From contig NC_052158.1 in assembly GCF_902713615.1 (NCBI RefSeq), positions 7,987,196-8,051,195 on the forward strand: a stretch of DNA of 64,000 nt, read 5' to 3'. The notes beneath the pieces were generated by a model. The model worked only from the letters and a program-made list of their open reading frames with translations, was not told the origin of the DNA and did no database searches. This DNA is from Scyliorhinus canicula. Its lineage: Eukaryota. The position numbers and the translations under genes were made by a program. Below are positions 1 through 11,431 of the stretch, one piece after another; positions within the stretch are counted from its first letter, which is position 1, and every line of letters starts with the position of its first letter.

Positions 1-292
1 TCATGATAATCATGGATGAGGAGATCTCCCAATCCCCTTCAGAGATGACAAACTCGAAGCCACCAGACACGCCGTCATTGCCACCATCTTCAAGAAAGGA
101 GATAAAGTGGACTGTGAGAGTTACTGAAGAATCTCACTACTCTCCATCAATGACAAAATCATCGCCTGAATCCTCGCTAGTCACCTTCTCCCAGTCTCTG
201 AAGAAATCCTTCCAGAAAGCCAGTGTGGCTTTTGACCAAACTGTGGGGGAGCGGACATGATTTTCACTGCTCAACAACTTCAAGATAAATGC
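1..292 (+). mobile_element. RTE-clade non-LTR retrotransposon RT fragment (decayed)
   Basis: A frame not in the ORF track reads IATIFKKGDKVDCESY*RISLLSINDKIIA*ILASHLLPVSEEILPESQCGF*PNCGGADMIFTAQQLQDKC, the RTE/BovB-type RT N-terminal motifs. The stops are TGA at expected CGA (Arg) codons. Confidence 0.8.
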
Positions 293-388
293 AGTGAGTG
301 TGAACAGACAGTGATGTTGTACAGATAGACGGTGAGTGTGACAATAAATGAATACACAGTGAGTGCGCACAGCAAGTGTGAACACGTT
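293..388. repeat. CAGTGAGTGTGAACAGA-type short tandem repeat, resumes at 1204-1256
   Basis: The same ~17-bp unit occurs on both sides of the 389-1203 element. Confidence 0.6.
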
Positions 389-1203
389 GGGCGGAATTCT
401 CTGTTTCTGAGGATAAGTGCCGGCACCAACGGAGAATCCGTGGGTGATTCACAATGGGAAAATCGGCATGAACTCCTCACGAGGGCAGCACGGTGGCACA
501 GTGGTTAGCATTGCTGCCTACGGCGCTGAGGACCCGGGTTCGAATCCCGGCCCTGGGTCACTGTCCGTGTGGAGTTTGCACATTCTCCCCGTGTCTGCGT
601 GGGTTTCGCCCCCACAACCCAAAGATGTGCAGGTTAGGTGAATTGGCCATGCTAAATTGCCCCTTAATTGGAAAAAATAATTGGGTACTCTAAATTTAAA
701 AAAAAAAAAAATGAACTCCTCACGGATTCTGGTACTGGTGAGGGGCTAGTACCGGTGCCACGTGGAACACCCACGGACCGCGGGGAAAATGGCCGGAGAA
801 TCGCCGCGCATGTGCAGGGCTAATGAGCTGCACTGGTCGAGATGGAAAACATGGCGCCGGCCGTGCTGGCCACTGGCCGGCCACTCCCCCTCGCCCGAGC
901 AGAAGCCTCCCAGGCAGCGGCACAGATTCCTGATGAGTGTGGCGCTGATAGACACTGTCTCCCGTGGGCCACACGTGGCCTGCGCTATTGGGAACTCGAC
1001 CCATCGGGGCGGAGCTTAGTAGATGGGCCAGCTGAGGATGCGCCAACGGCCTTGTGACTGCGGCGGCGCACATCCTGATGACATTCATTTGGAGGGGGTG
1101 GAGCATCGTCAAACCGCCGCCTGCCCCGAATCCGGCATCAGAAGCCATTTTCCACCTGATTGCCGATCCCGATTTCGGTGTCGAGCTAGGGAGAATTCCG
1201 CCC
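389..1203. mobile_element. Harbinger-type non-autonomous DNA transposon (MITE)
   Basis: Perfect terminal inverted repeats GGGCGGAATTCTC...GAGAATTCCGCCC; no clean TSD visible. Confidence 0.7.
482..710 (+). mobile_element. tRNA-derived SINE, poly(A)-tailed subfamily
   Basis: A/B-box head (GGCACAGTGGTTAGC...GGTTCGAATCCC), poly(A) tail, 14-bp TSD ATGAACTCCTCACG at 468-481 and 711-724. Confidence 0.9.
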
Positions 1204-1269
1204 AGTGAGTGTGAACAGACAGTGAGTGTGAACATACAGTGAGCGTGAACAGACTGTCAACTCCCGCTC

Positions 1270-1530
1270 CGAGCTGTACCCATGGAGAGTGTGATATACC
1301 ACACAGGTTCCCGCTCATGCCCTGGAGTAACCCAGTGACATAGAAGTTGAAGACTGCAATGACCTTCATGGCCATTGGAAGTGGGTGTCCTCCTCCTTCA
1401 CGGGATGCCATGCCTATCAGGGCACGGCACAGGTGCTGTACTATCGCTCTGTTGAATCGGAGTCTTTGGTGAATACATGCTCTTGTCAGCTCATCAAAGG
1501 ACCAATGATGCCTGTACATATTGGACAGTC
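1270..1530 (-). pseudogene. Harbinger/HARBI1-like transposase N-terminal fragment
   Basis: MYRHHWSFDELTRACIHQRLRFNRAIVQHLC...GGHPLPMAMKVIAVFNFYVTGLLQGMSGNLCGISHS matches the HARBI1-type HTH region. Confidence 0.75.
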
Positions 1531-1979
1531 GCTGGCCTCCCCTTCTGGCCTCCTCCTCAGCCTGATGGGATGTCGAGTCTTCAGGGTGCATAGCGGCATC
1601 CTGCACATGTGGTTTTGCCTCCTGCCTGCGTTGGCATTGCTGCCTACTCCGACATCTGCCTGCCTCGGCAGCCACAAGCAGAGCGACAGAAGCCTCCGCA
1701 GGATCCACACCAGCAAACATTTTTTGATCCAACAGGAATTGGGGAATTGACGTACAATCAGTTAGATCTTTCATCCCGGGACCCTCGTATCTTCCAAGCC
1801 TCCCCCACCCTGCACATCACTGTCCCGCGGTTCTCTCAGAGCCACCTACAGAGTTAGTTGTGCTGGCAATCCTCACCCTGCACATTCACTCTCTGCCAGA
1901 TCTGGCGGCTCTAGATCCCAAACTCCCAGCAACATGAGGGAGGTTCAGCTCAGCCACACTCTTCTCACCCAGACACTTA

Positions 1980-2647
1980 TGGCGGGATTCTCCCGAATTG
2001 GCACAATGGCCTGACGCCAGCGTAAAAAACGCGCAAACCACTCCAGCGTCGGGCCAACCAGAAGTAGCAGAATTGTCCGCACTTCCTGGAGCTAGGCCAG
2101 CGCCGGAGGGGTTTGCGCCGCCCCAGCCGGCGCCGAAGAGTCTGCGCGAGTTAGCGCACGTGCAGAACCGCCGGCTTATTCTGGAGCATGCGCAGGATGT
2201 TGTCTTCTCCGCGCCTGCCCCTGTCGGGCTTCGCTATGGCCGGCACGGAAGGAAGAAGTGCCCCTGCGGCACAGGCCCGTCTGCAGAGCAGTGGGCCCCG
2301 ATCGCAGGCCAGGCCACCGTGGGGGCCCACCCACAGGGCCGGATCCCCCCCCCAACCCCCCCTGAGGACCGCACCAGCCAATGTACCTGCCGGTCCCTCC
2401 GTGTGGGACCATGTTCAATCCACGCTGGCAGGGCTGGCCAAAAACGTGCGGCCGCTCGGCTCATCAGGGTCTGGAGAATTGCCGAGGGAGGCGCCGCTGC
2501 CAACGGCCCTCCACTGGCATGGCGTGATCCCCGCCCCCGCCCGAAAACCTGCGCCGGAGAATACGGCAGCCGGCACCGGAGCAGCGGGACGTATATCACG
2601 CTGCCCCCAGGATTCTCCGACCCAGCGGAGGGTCGAAGGATACCGCC
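1980..2647. mobile_element. Harbinger-type MITE
   Basis: Termini GGCGGGATTCTCC...GGATACCGCC, flanked by TTA on both sides, GC-rich interior. Confidence 0.65.
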
Positions 2648-2951
2648 TTAAACCTTCGCCACAAGAGGATCCTGTGGTAAAGCCCTGTTCTTTAGTGTTT
2701 AATTGTTGGCAGCTACATCTATGATGTTGACGCTCCTGGAGTCCAGGCACATTGTTCAAGCATTAAAGTTTGCTGAACATGCAGTGCACTAATCATCCTC
2801 TAAGACCTGTACCTGTTCCTTCGGGGAGGCACTTGAGTGTTCACGAGCGTGAAGTGCTATCAGAACTGATAAGGTTAATCTCTCCTTTGAAAGAACCTTC
2901 AGCTGTGAAACTAGACGTTGCTCACAATCCAAGGGGGTGAAATTGACTTTC

Positions 2952-3150
2952 ATGTGGGTTTCCTCCGGGTGCTCCAGTTTCCTCCCACAGTCCAAAGATG
3001 TGCAGGTTAGATGGATTGGCGATGATAAATTGTCACTAAACCTCCAAAGGTTGGGTGGGGTTACGGGGATAGGGTGGGCGATTGAGCCTAGGTAGGGAAC
3101 TCTTTCAAAGGGTCGCTAGAGACTCAATGGGCCAAATGGCCTCCTGCACT
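2952..3150 (+). mobile_element. 5'-truncated tRNA-derived SINE (HE1-like)
   Basis: GTGGGTTTCCTCCGGGTGCTCC...CCCACAGTCCAAAGATGTGCAGGTTAG core shared with the other SINE copies in the window. Confidence 0.8.
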
Positions 3151-3439
3151 GGACTCCTCCTTCAATGGGAGAAGCAGCAACAGTGCTCTGTCCTGGATGT
3201 GTTTGGTAGAACAGGCTGCAGCTGTGGTTGCCCCTGTTATGGGTCTCCAGAGTTTGTGAAGATAGCTCCAAGGCCTCACAGACGCAAAGCCCCTCACCCC
3301 ACCCTACCCCTCTGCACAGGAGTAAAATAATCAACGTGCAATAAAGAAACAATACATCAATAGGGCATATATAAAACAAAGCAATAAACAGTATAAATTG
3401 ACAAGTGACTGTGCATATTGCAATATAGATGGGAGACTA

Positions 3440-4665
3440 TCAAGGTTCTTGATTGTAGAGCCTTTCCCGATGTCGGATGGCCCTTGCCGAGTCCAGGTGT
3501 TGTTCCTTCTTCCATTGGGTAAATTTAAATGTGAGGATGGTTAGGTACACTGCCATAAGTAGGATTCCTATGGATGGAATTTGGACATTTGAACCCCAGT
3601 CCCAGAGGGCCTCCCATCATGTAGTGACTCTAATTTCACTAATGTTCTTTTTTATTTCCCCTGTTTGACAAAAGTCTTGTGTGCTGTGATCAATTGTGTC
3701 CAAATTTGTTGAGGTTTCTCGGGTAGAAGTGTTATCCCGGTATCAAATTTTTCAAAATAGTCCCCCAAGCTTTGTCTTAATTCCTCGCTAGCATTTATTA
3801 GTGTTTCCTCTCTTCTGTTTATGTCTACCGTCTCAATCACTCCTATCCTAGAGAGAATGTGTGGTTTATTGCAAAAATGTAGTGTTGTGGATGTTACATA
3901 TGCCTGCCCATACTGGTAATTTTCTAGCAAGATTGCAATACAGTATTATCCCTCCCCCTGTAACCTACCCGGGTGACAGCCCTTTCCAAATTTCGAATTT
4001 CCAGTGTACAACGTAGGTCAGTGGTTGTTCTGAATCCACACAGGGCATGTTAATTTTCGTACACCGGATATGGGCACATGACTGTTTTGTCTATGCGTTC
4101 ACATTTCTCCAGACTGGTGCCTATGAGCTTCCCTCCTTTCTCAACCACATACGGTAGAGTCCCCTGGTATCCCATCCACATCCGTCCTTTAATGATCCCT
4201 TTATTTTTGGCTTCAAAAAGTTTCAACCAGACTTTATCTTTTAATACTACTGGTATCCCCAAACCATTCCTAATGCAGTCCCCGGGGTTCCTCTACAACT
4301 ATCGTTCGACCAGACCTTGGTCAGCTGCCATAATTGGCAGTTAGTGACATTGGGTGTAATTTTTCCGGGTAGAGCTGATAAATCTGTTCAGCACTGATCC
4401 AGGACGGAACTTTACCCCTGTTAACCTTGTCAAGGTTCTCTCGTAGTTCCTCAACCATCCATTGCCCATAAATGCTCCACAGGGGTTGGTTCTGTTGCCT
4501 GGCATTATCTTCAACCCTCCCTCAGGAAATCTGATTAATAGTTTGGACATGTTCTTCTGGCACTGTAACCATAAGGCTACTGGCTCTGTTCTCAGCCAAA
4601 TCTCCCTCGGCATCTTGCCGAGCATTTTCATTTAAACTGTCCAAGGTTTGTTTAACTTATCGGGT
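3440..4665 (-). pseudogene. Degraded envelope/fusion-glycoprotein-like ORF of an endogenous retro-element
   Basis: Stitching frames across several stops and frameshifts gives a heptad-rich segment, a Cys-rich region, a second helix (EELRQSLGDYFEKF...EIKKNISEI), Trp-rich *WEALWDWGS, a hydrophobic stretch IPSIGILLMAVYLTILTF and a short basic tail ending at TGA 3440-3442. Confidence 0.55.
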
Positions 4666-5152
4666 TTTGATAGAATGCTTCATCAAGATGGAGAGTGATA
4701 TAGTTGATACTGAGACTAGGGTCCTGAATCTTCATCAAGGAAACAATAATGATATGAGTCTCAAGTTGGCTATGAAAGATTGGGAAATGTTCCAAAAAAG
4801 GGATGACAGTGGATAGGCAATGGCAAACATTCAAAGAACACATGGCTGAACTGCAACAACTGTTTATTCCTGCCTGGCCCAAACGAAAAATGGGAGAGGT
4901 GGCCAAACCATGGCTTACAAGGGAAACTTGAGATAATACTAGATCCAAGGAAGAGCATACAAATTAGCCAAGAAAAACAACAGATCTGAGGATTGGGAGC
5001 AATTTAGAATTCACCAAAGGAGGACCAAGGAATTGATTAAGAAGGGGAAACGAGAGTACAAGAGTAAGCTTGTGGGAAACATAAAAACTGACTGTAAAGG
5101 TTTCTATAGGTACATGAAGAGAAAAAGATTGGTGAAGGCAAATGTAGGTTCC

Positions 5153-6555
5153 TGATAGAAATTGACTTTCTAGTTAGCTATAGATGATAAAATGTTCAAT
5201 TGAGCTCATTAAGAGTAATTAACTAAATTGTATTATCCATGGGAGTGAGAATAGCTAGGAACATTTTGCAAACTGCACATAGCTAAAAGACCCCATTGCG
5301 TTGGAAAGAACTGAGCTGTTGTCCCAGTTCCATTTATATGGTAACAACCAGTCTGGGGTGATAAGTCTAGCGAATATTTTTTTTTTCTCAAGCGATGGTA
5401 TGGGAAAGTTTGTACAAATATATTTAAATACATTTTCTCTTAAATTGACGGACAGTTTGGCTGAATTGAGTGAATTATAAATTATTTAAAGCCAATCAAA
5501 GCTGTACAGAAGGCAAAACCTTAAGATAATATCTTCTTAAGAATCACTTGTCGGGATGGAAAAACCCATTCCTGAATCACGCGCTCTCTCTATTTTTCTG
5601 AAACCCATGGGCGGAATTCTCCGCAAGACCCGACGCCGTCGTGAAACCCGGAGTGTTTCACAACGGCGTCGGAGGCCGCTCCTTGCCCCCGATTCTCCCC
5701 TCCCCCAGGGGTTAGGAGCGGCGTGCCGTAAATCTCGGCTGCCGGGCCTTGACGCTGGCGTCAACCCGCGCATGCGCTGTTGCCGTCTTCCCCTCCGCTG
5801 CCCCACAAGACATGGCAGCTTGATCTTGCGGGGCGGCGGAGGGGAAAGAGTGCATCCCTTTGAGACGCCGGCCCGATGATCGGTGGGCACCGATCGCGGG
5901 CCAGTCCCCTCCCGAGCACGGTCGTGGTGCTCACTCCCCTCTCCACCCCCCACAAGCCACAAACCAGCTTCTGGCGCCATGTTGACGCCGGCAGCGATCA
6001 GGTGTGGTTGCCGCCTGCGTGTACCGGTCGGGAACGGCAGGCCGCTCGGCCCATCCTGGTCGGAGAATCGCGGGTCGCCATGAAAAACGGCGGCACGCGA
6101 TTCTCCGAGCGGCGTGTCGCAAAACGCGACACGCCATTGGGGGGGGGGGTGGGAGAATCGCGGGGGGTGCCAGAGTGGCCCTCCCGCAATTCTCCCACCC
6201 GGCCTGGGCAGTGGAGAATCGCGCCCCATGTCTTTGCTGCTTGACTTTGCTAATCGCCATCTTTCTTTTGTTTAAGTCACCTCGTTATGTTATTCTGTGT
6301 ATTATGATTTGAAGAATTACCACAATCTGTATTTTTAAACTTAACCACTGTATTCGCTAATCTGACTAGCTTGCTAAAGGGCCAGTTTGAATTCTCTTCA
6401 TGTTGTACTGAACATAAAGTTACCAGTGGGCACTACAGCTGACTAATAAAGTTCCAGTGGACTTTGCCAAAAAGCACAGACTTGACCTCTTTTATTTGGG
6501 AACTGAGAAGGGATGACGGATATCCAGGGTTCCGAATAGACACAGAGATCCATCA
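5153..6555 (+). mobile_element. Solo LTR (about 780 bp plus an inserted MITE)
   Basis: TGAT...ATCA termini, 5-bp TSD GTTCC (5148-5152, 6556-6560), AATAAA near 6446; splits a CR1 cleanly. Confidence 0.75.
5609..6226. mobile_element. Harbinger-type MITE
   Basis: TIRs GGGCGGAATTCTCC / GGAGAATCGCGCCC with 3-bp TSD CAT; same family as 59297-60018. Confidence 0.85.
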
Positions 6556-8019
6556 GTTCCCTTATAGTCAGAAATAGGAATTTATAATGGGGAACAAAGA
6601 AATGGCTGACCAACTGAATACATAGTTTGGTTATGTCTTCACAAGGAGGACACAAATAAGATAACAGATATGTTGGGGAACACACGGTTTAGTGAGAGGG
6701 AAGAACTGAAGAAATCAGTTTTAGAAGAGAAATGGTATTGGGAAAATTGATGGGATTGAAGGCCTATAAATCCCCAGAGCCAAATAATCTGCATCCTAGA
6801 GTACTTAAGGAAGTGGCCTGATAGATAGTGGATGCATTAGTGGCCATCTTCCAAGGTTTCATAGACTCTGGAACAGTTCTTCAGTTCTTACAGATTGGAG
6901 GGTTGCTAATGTAATCCCACAATTTAAAAAGGGAGGTAAAGAGAAAACAGAGAATTATTGACCAGTAAACCTGACGTCAGTCATGGGGAAAATTCTAGAA
7001 TCCATTATCAAAGATTCGATAGCAGAACACTTGGAAAACAGTGGCAGGATCGGACAGAATCAGCATGGATTTATAAAGGAGAAATCATACTTGACAAATC
7101 TACTGGAATTCTTTAAGGATGTAACCAATAGAGTTGATGAAAGGGAGCCTGTGGATGAGGTATATTTGGACTTTGAGAAGGCTTTTGACAAAGTCCCACA
7201 TAAAAGATTAGGGAGGAAAATTAAAGGCCATGGGATTAGGGGAATGTATTGAGATGGATAAGAAAATGGTTGGCAGATAGGAAACAAAATATAGGAATAA
7301 ATGGGTATTTTTCCAAGTGGCAGCAAATGACCAGTGGGGTGCTGCAGGGATCGGTGTTGGGTCACCAGCTAGTCACTATATATATATATTAATGACTTAG
7401 CTAATGGAACAAAATATAGTATCTCCAAATTTGCAGATGACACAAAGCTGGGTGGGAGGGTGAGCTGTGAAGAGGATGCAGAGATCCTTCAGTGTGATTT
7501 GGACAAGTTGAGTGAGTGGGCAAATGAATGGCAGATGCAAGATAATTTGGATAAGTGTAAGGTCATCCGTTTTGGTAGCAAAAACAGGAGTGCAGACGAT
7601 TAACTGAATGCCCATAAATTAGGAGAGAGAAATGTACAACAAGACCTCGGTGTCCTCATACATCAGTCACTGAATATAAGCAAGCAGGTGCGGCAGGCAG
7701 AAAAGAAGGCAAATGGTATGTTGGCCTTCATAGCTAGAGGATTTGAGTACAGGAGCAGGGATGTCTTGCTGTAATTATACAGGGCCTTGGTGAAGCCACA
7801 CCTGGAATATTGTGTGCCGTTCTGGTCTCCTTATCTGAGGAATGATGTTCCTGCTCTCGAGGGAATGCTGAGAAGTTTTACCAGACTGATTCCTGGGGTA
7901 GCATGACTGACATATGAGGATAGATTGAGTCAAGTAGGCTTGTATTTGCTGGAGTTCAGGAGAATGGTGGGGGGGGGGGGGATTTTAGAAACCTATACAA
8001 TTCTAACAGGACTGTAGAG

Positions 8020-8330
8020 TGTGGTGATATGGCTGCTGGTGTGACCTCTAACCAGCAGGCGGTAGGACAGACACACCATGCGGTCACAAGAAAGTGGTCA
8101 TGTGACAAAGCACTCCAATATAAATGGGGACACATCCGGTCATCGGCAGATGTTTATAAGACATACAAGTGGTAGGGTAGTTCCAGAGGAGTACAAAGAA
8201 ACTCCATGATAACGTGCTCTGTAACAGATCGCTATCTGACCTCGTGTGATTCAATAATAGAAGATCCTGGTTTGGACAACTCAAGTCGTTTGATATATTC
8301 CTTGCTAGTTATCAAACACCAAACACAACA
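8020..8330 (+). mobile_element. Possible solo LTR inside CR1
   Basis: TGTGG...CAACA ends, TATA-like ATATAAA, interrupts the CR1 3' region; no TSD found. Confidence 0.4.
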
Positions 8331-8506
8331 TACAGGGTAGATGTAAGGAAGATGTTCTCGATGGTGGGGGTGTCCAGAACCAGGGGTCACAGTCTGAGGA
8401 TATAGGATAGTCCGTTTAAGACAGAGGTGAGGAGAACTTTCTTCACCCAGAGAGTGGTCAACCTGTGGAATTCGCTACCACAGAAAATAGTTGAGGCCAA
8501 AATACT

Positions 8507-9330
8507 CTGGGCAGAATTCTCCTTTGGCCAACAGCAGGAAACAGGCGCCGTGGCTGGTGAGGGAGAGGAGGTAGGATATGTAGTGGACTGGCTGGGCTTG
8601 CTGAGGGGTGTCACTGCCAGGCCCAGGGGGTGCAGTGGGGAGTGACAGGAGGGGGCTGACCAGGGAATGGGCTGTGGGGTCGGGGTGACCCACCACGGGA
8701 CCGGGGCAGCCATTGCCGCTGCCTGAAAGGCAGCCATACTGCTACGCACCCCACTGACCACCTATCGTGGCCCGTGGTTGTGCAGTGACACCGGCCATAT
8801 GGGTGCCTCCACCCCACCACCCACGTACTCCACCCTCCACCTCCCGCACCCCAGCCCCGCCCCAAAACTCCAACTCCTGCCCAAACTCCCCACCCCACGG
8901 CCCCCAACTGGCCTCCACCTTCTGGCGGGCATCACACATCTCACAAGGGCAACAGCCACCGCCTGCACAGAGTGCTGCAGGTCTTGGATATCCTGACCCA
9001 TGGTCGAAACCTTTCCCCCAATGGCTCCACTGCAGACGCCACTCGTGCGGTGTTGGTCTGGTAGCAGGCATGGTATGTGGCTCCTGTGGTCGGTTGGACT
9101 CCAACTACACCTGCAGGCACTGGATGGTTGCCTACAATCCCTTATGTCGACCCTGGCTCTGTGACTGCATCTCCACATTTGACGGGACCATCCATTCCAG
9201 AAACCCAAAAACTGCCTGGACAGCAGCAAGTCCCTGGGGTTGGCCAGCCCTCCGACCACCCGCACCCTCGGGAGTTACTACCTCCACCTGATGTGTGATG
9301 CGCACTGGGTAGTGACCCAGGGGCCTCTTC
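8507..9330. mobile_element. Harbinger-family element fragment (terminus plus GC-rich interior)
   Basis: Starts with GGGCAGAATTCTCC; the interior is the reverse complement of sequence at about 23560-23800. Confidence 0.55.
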
Positions 9331-9404
9331 ACTAATGTGCCAAACTGAGGTGAGTGTTTCTGGGATGGTGGAGGGTGTTAGAGACAGCTGTGACGAAAAG
9401 TCAG

Positions 9405-10790
9405 TGTCTCCCTCCAAATCATTTATATACACTACGAACAGCCCTCCAATCAGAAATGCACCCTTCCATTGCTGCTCTCTGCCTTCTATGACCCAGCCAG
9501 TTCTGTATCCATCTTGCCAGATCCCCTCTGATCTCGTGTGACTTCACCTTTTGTACCAGTCTGCCATGAGGAACCTTGTCAAAGGCCTTACTGAAGTCCA
9601 TATGGACAACATCCACTGCCCTACCTGCATTAAATATCTTTGTGACCTTCTTGAAAAACTCTTATCAAGTTTGTGAGACACAACCTCCTTTTCACAGATT
9701 AGTAAGTTTGCGGATGACGCAAAGGTTGGTGGAAATACAGTTGGGATGAGGACTGTCAGAGGATACAGCAGGATTTAGATTGTTTGGAGAGATGGGCGGA
9801 GAGATGGCAGATGGAGTTTAGTCCGGGCAAATGTGAGGTAATGCATTTTGGAAGGTCTAATACAGGTAGGGAATATACAGTGAATGGAGAACCCTCATGA
9901 GTATTGACAGTCAGAGAGATCTAGGTGTACAGGTCCACAAGTCACTGAAAGGGGCAACACAGGTGGAGAAGGTACTCAAGAAGGCATACGGCATGCTTGC
10001 CTTCATTGGCCGGGGCATTGAGTATAAAAATTGGCAAGTTATGTTGCAGCTGTATGGAACCTTAGTTAGGCCATACTTGGAGTACAGTGTTCAATTCTGG
10101 TCTGAACACTACCAGAAGGATGTGGAGGCTTTAGAGAGGGTGCAGAAGAGATTTTCCAGGATGTTGTCTGGTATGGAGGGCATTAGCTATGAGGAGAGGT
10201 TGAATAGACTTGGTTTGTTCTCACTGGAATGAAGGTTGAACAAAGAACAAAGAACAAAGAAAAGTACAGCACAGGAACAGGCCCTTCGGCCCTCCAAGCA
10301 CGTGCCGACCATGCTTCCCGCCTAAACTAAAATCTTCTACACTTCCTGGGTCCGTATCCAGTGAATAAACTCGGTTTGTTCTCACTAGAACGATGGAGGT
10401 TGAGGGATGATCTGATAGGTCTATAAAATTATGAGGGGCATAGACAGAGTGGATAGTCAGAGGCTTTTTCCCATGGTAGAGAGGTCAATTACTAGGGGGC
10501 ATAGGTTTAAGGTGCGAGGGGTAAGGTTTAGAGGAGATGTACGAGGCAGGTTTTTTACACAGAGGGTAGTGGGTGCCTGGAACCCGCTGCCGGAGGAGGC
10601 GCTGGAAGCAGGGACGATAGTGACATTTAAGCGGCATCTTGACAAATACATGAATAGGATGGGAATAGAGGGATACAGACCCAGGAAGTGTAGAAGATTT
10701 TAGTTTAGACAGGCAGCATGGTCAGCACAGGCTTGGAGTGCCGAAGAGCCTGTTCCTATGCCGTACCTTTCTTTGTTCTTTGTTCTTGTT
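9405..10790 (+). mobile_element. CR1 LINE 3' portion with inverted 5' segment (9405-9696)
   Basis: Minus-strand RT piece (MDVVHMDFSKAFDKVPH...YINDL) abuts plus-strand ISKFADDAK onward; ends in a (TTCTTTG)n tail. Confidence 0.85.
10241..10359 (-). mobile_element. CR1 3'-tail fragment nested in CR1
   Basis: Reverse complement of 10675-10790 with a (GAACAAA)n tail; flanked by an imperfect ~40-bp duplication of the host CR1. Confidence 0.7.
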
Positions 10791-10802
10791 CTAACTCTGC
10801 AA

Positions 10803-10925
10803 AGCCACCATTTGCAAGGCATGTCTCAAGTGTGTGATTGAATATTCTCCTCTTGCCTGGATGGGTGCTCTAACAATTCGAGAAGCTCGACAGCATCTAG
10901 GACAAAGGCGCCCACTTGACTGGCA
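10803..10925 (+). mobile_element. L2/CR1-like LINE RT C-terminal fragment
   Basis: Degenerate TIYKA-VRS-MEYSPLAW-like coding remnant. Confidence 0.45.
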
Positions 10926-11431
10926 CTTTAACTATTCAAACCCCCCCCCCAACAAGTAATTCAGTGGGTGAAGTGATTTGGAGGTTTGGGAGCCAGTGCG
11001 GGTTTATTTCAGGCGATTCCTTTTCTGTGCAGTTGCTAAATGATCTTTTTGCACCTAAACTATCCTGGCTCACATAACTTATCAGACTCTTCCATATCTT
11101 GCACAAGTTTAATGTCACCAGTCACATGTACATTTTACAATCTGATTAACTCATGAATTATTTCAGCAATATTGACTGAAAGTGAAGGGTTCATCTTTCT
11201 TGACGGCTTAACAAATTCTCTCACTGACATGACGATTTCTATCCACGGATTTCTTGAGGTCTTCCCATGGTTTCAAGCATACAGTAATTTCCATAAGTAG
11301 GTTATGTTTCTGTCATCACACACTCTAGCCAATTACGACTCTATCATTCTACCACCTCTCTTTCTCTGCCCCTTCTAAAGAAACTTGGTTGATAGAAATG
11401 TAATCACTTGTGTGCAAAACTGAATAATAAA

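Larger units (their letters stand above)
4686..8502 (+). mobile_element. 5'-truncated CR1 LINE (ORF2 RT region), interrupted by insertions
   Basis: QHGFIKEKSYLTNLLEFF...VYLDFEKAFDKVPH and KFADDTK motifs; the CR1 sequence resumes exactly after the insertions at 5153-6555 and about 8020-8330. Confidence 0.9.

Noticed and set aside
482-560. tRNA-like A/B boxes here and in other SINE heads
   Set aside because: They do not form complete cloverleaves and continue into SINE core sequence, so they are not tRNA genes.
10985-11290. Minus-strand coding-looking stretch (LKPWEDLKKSVDRNRH...)
   Set aside because: Multiple stops in all frames and no family recognised.
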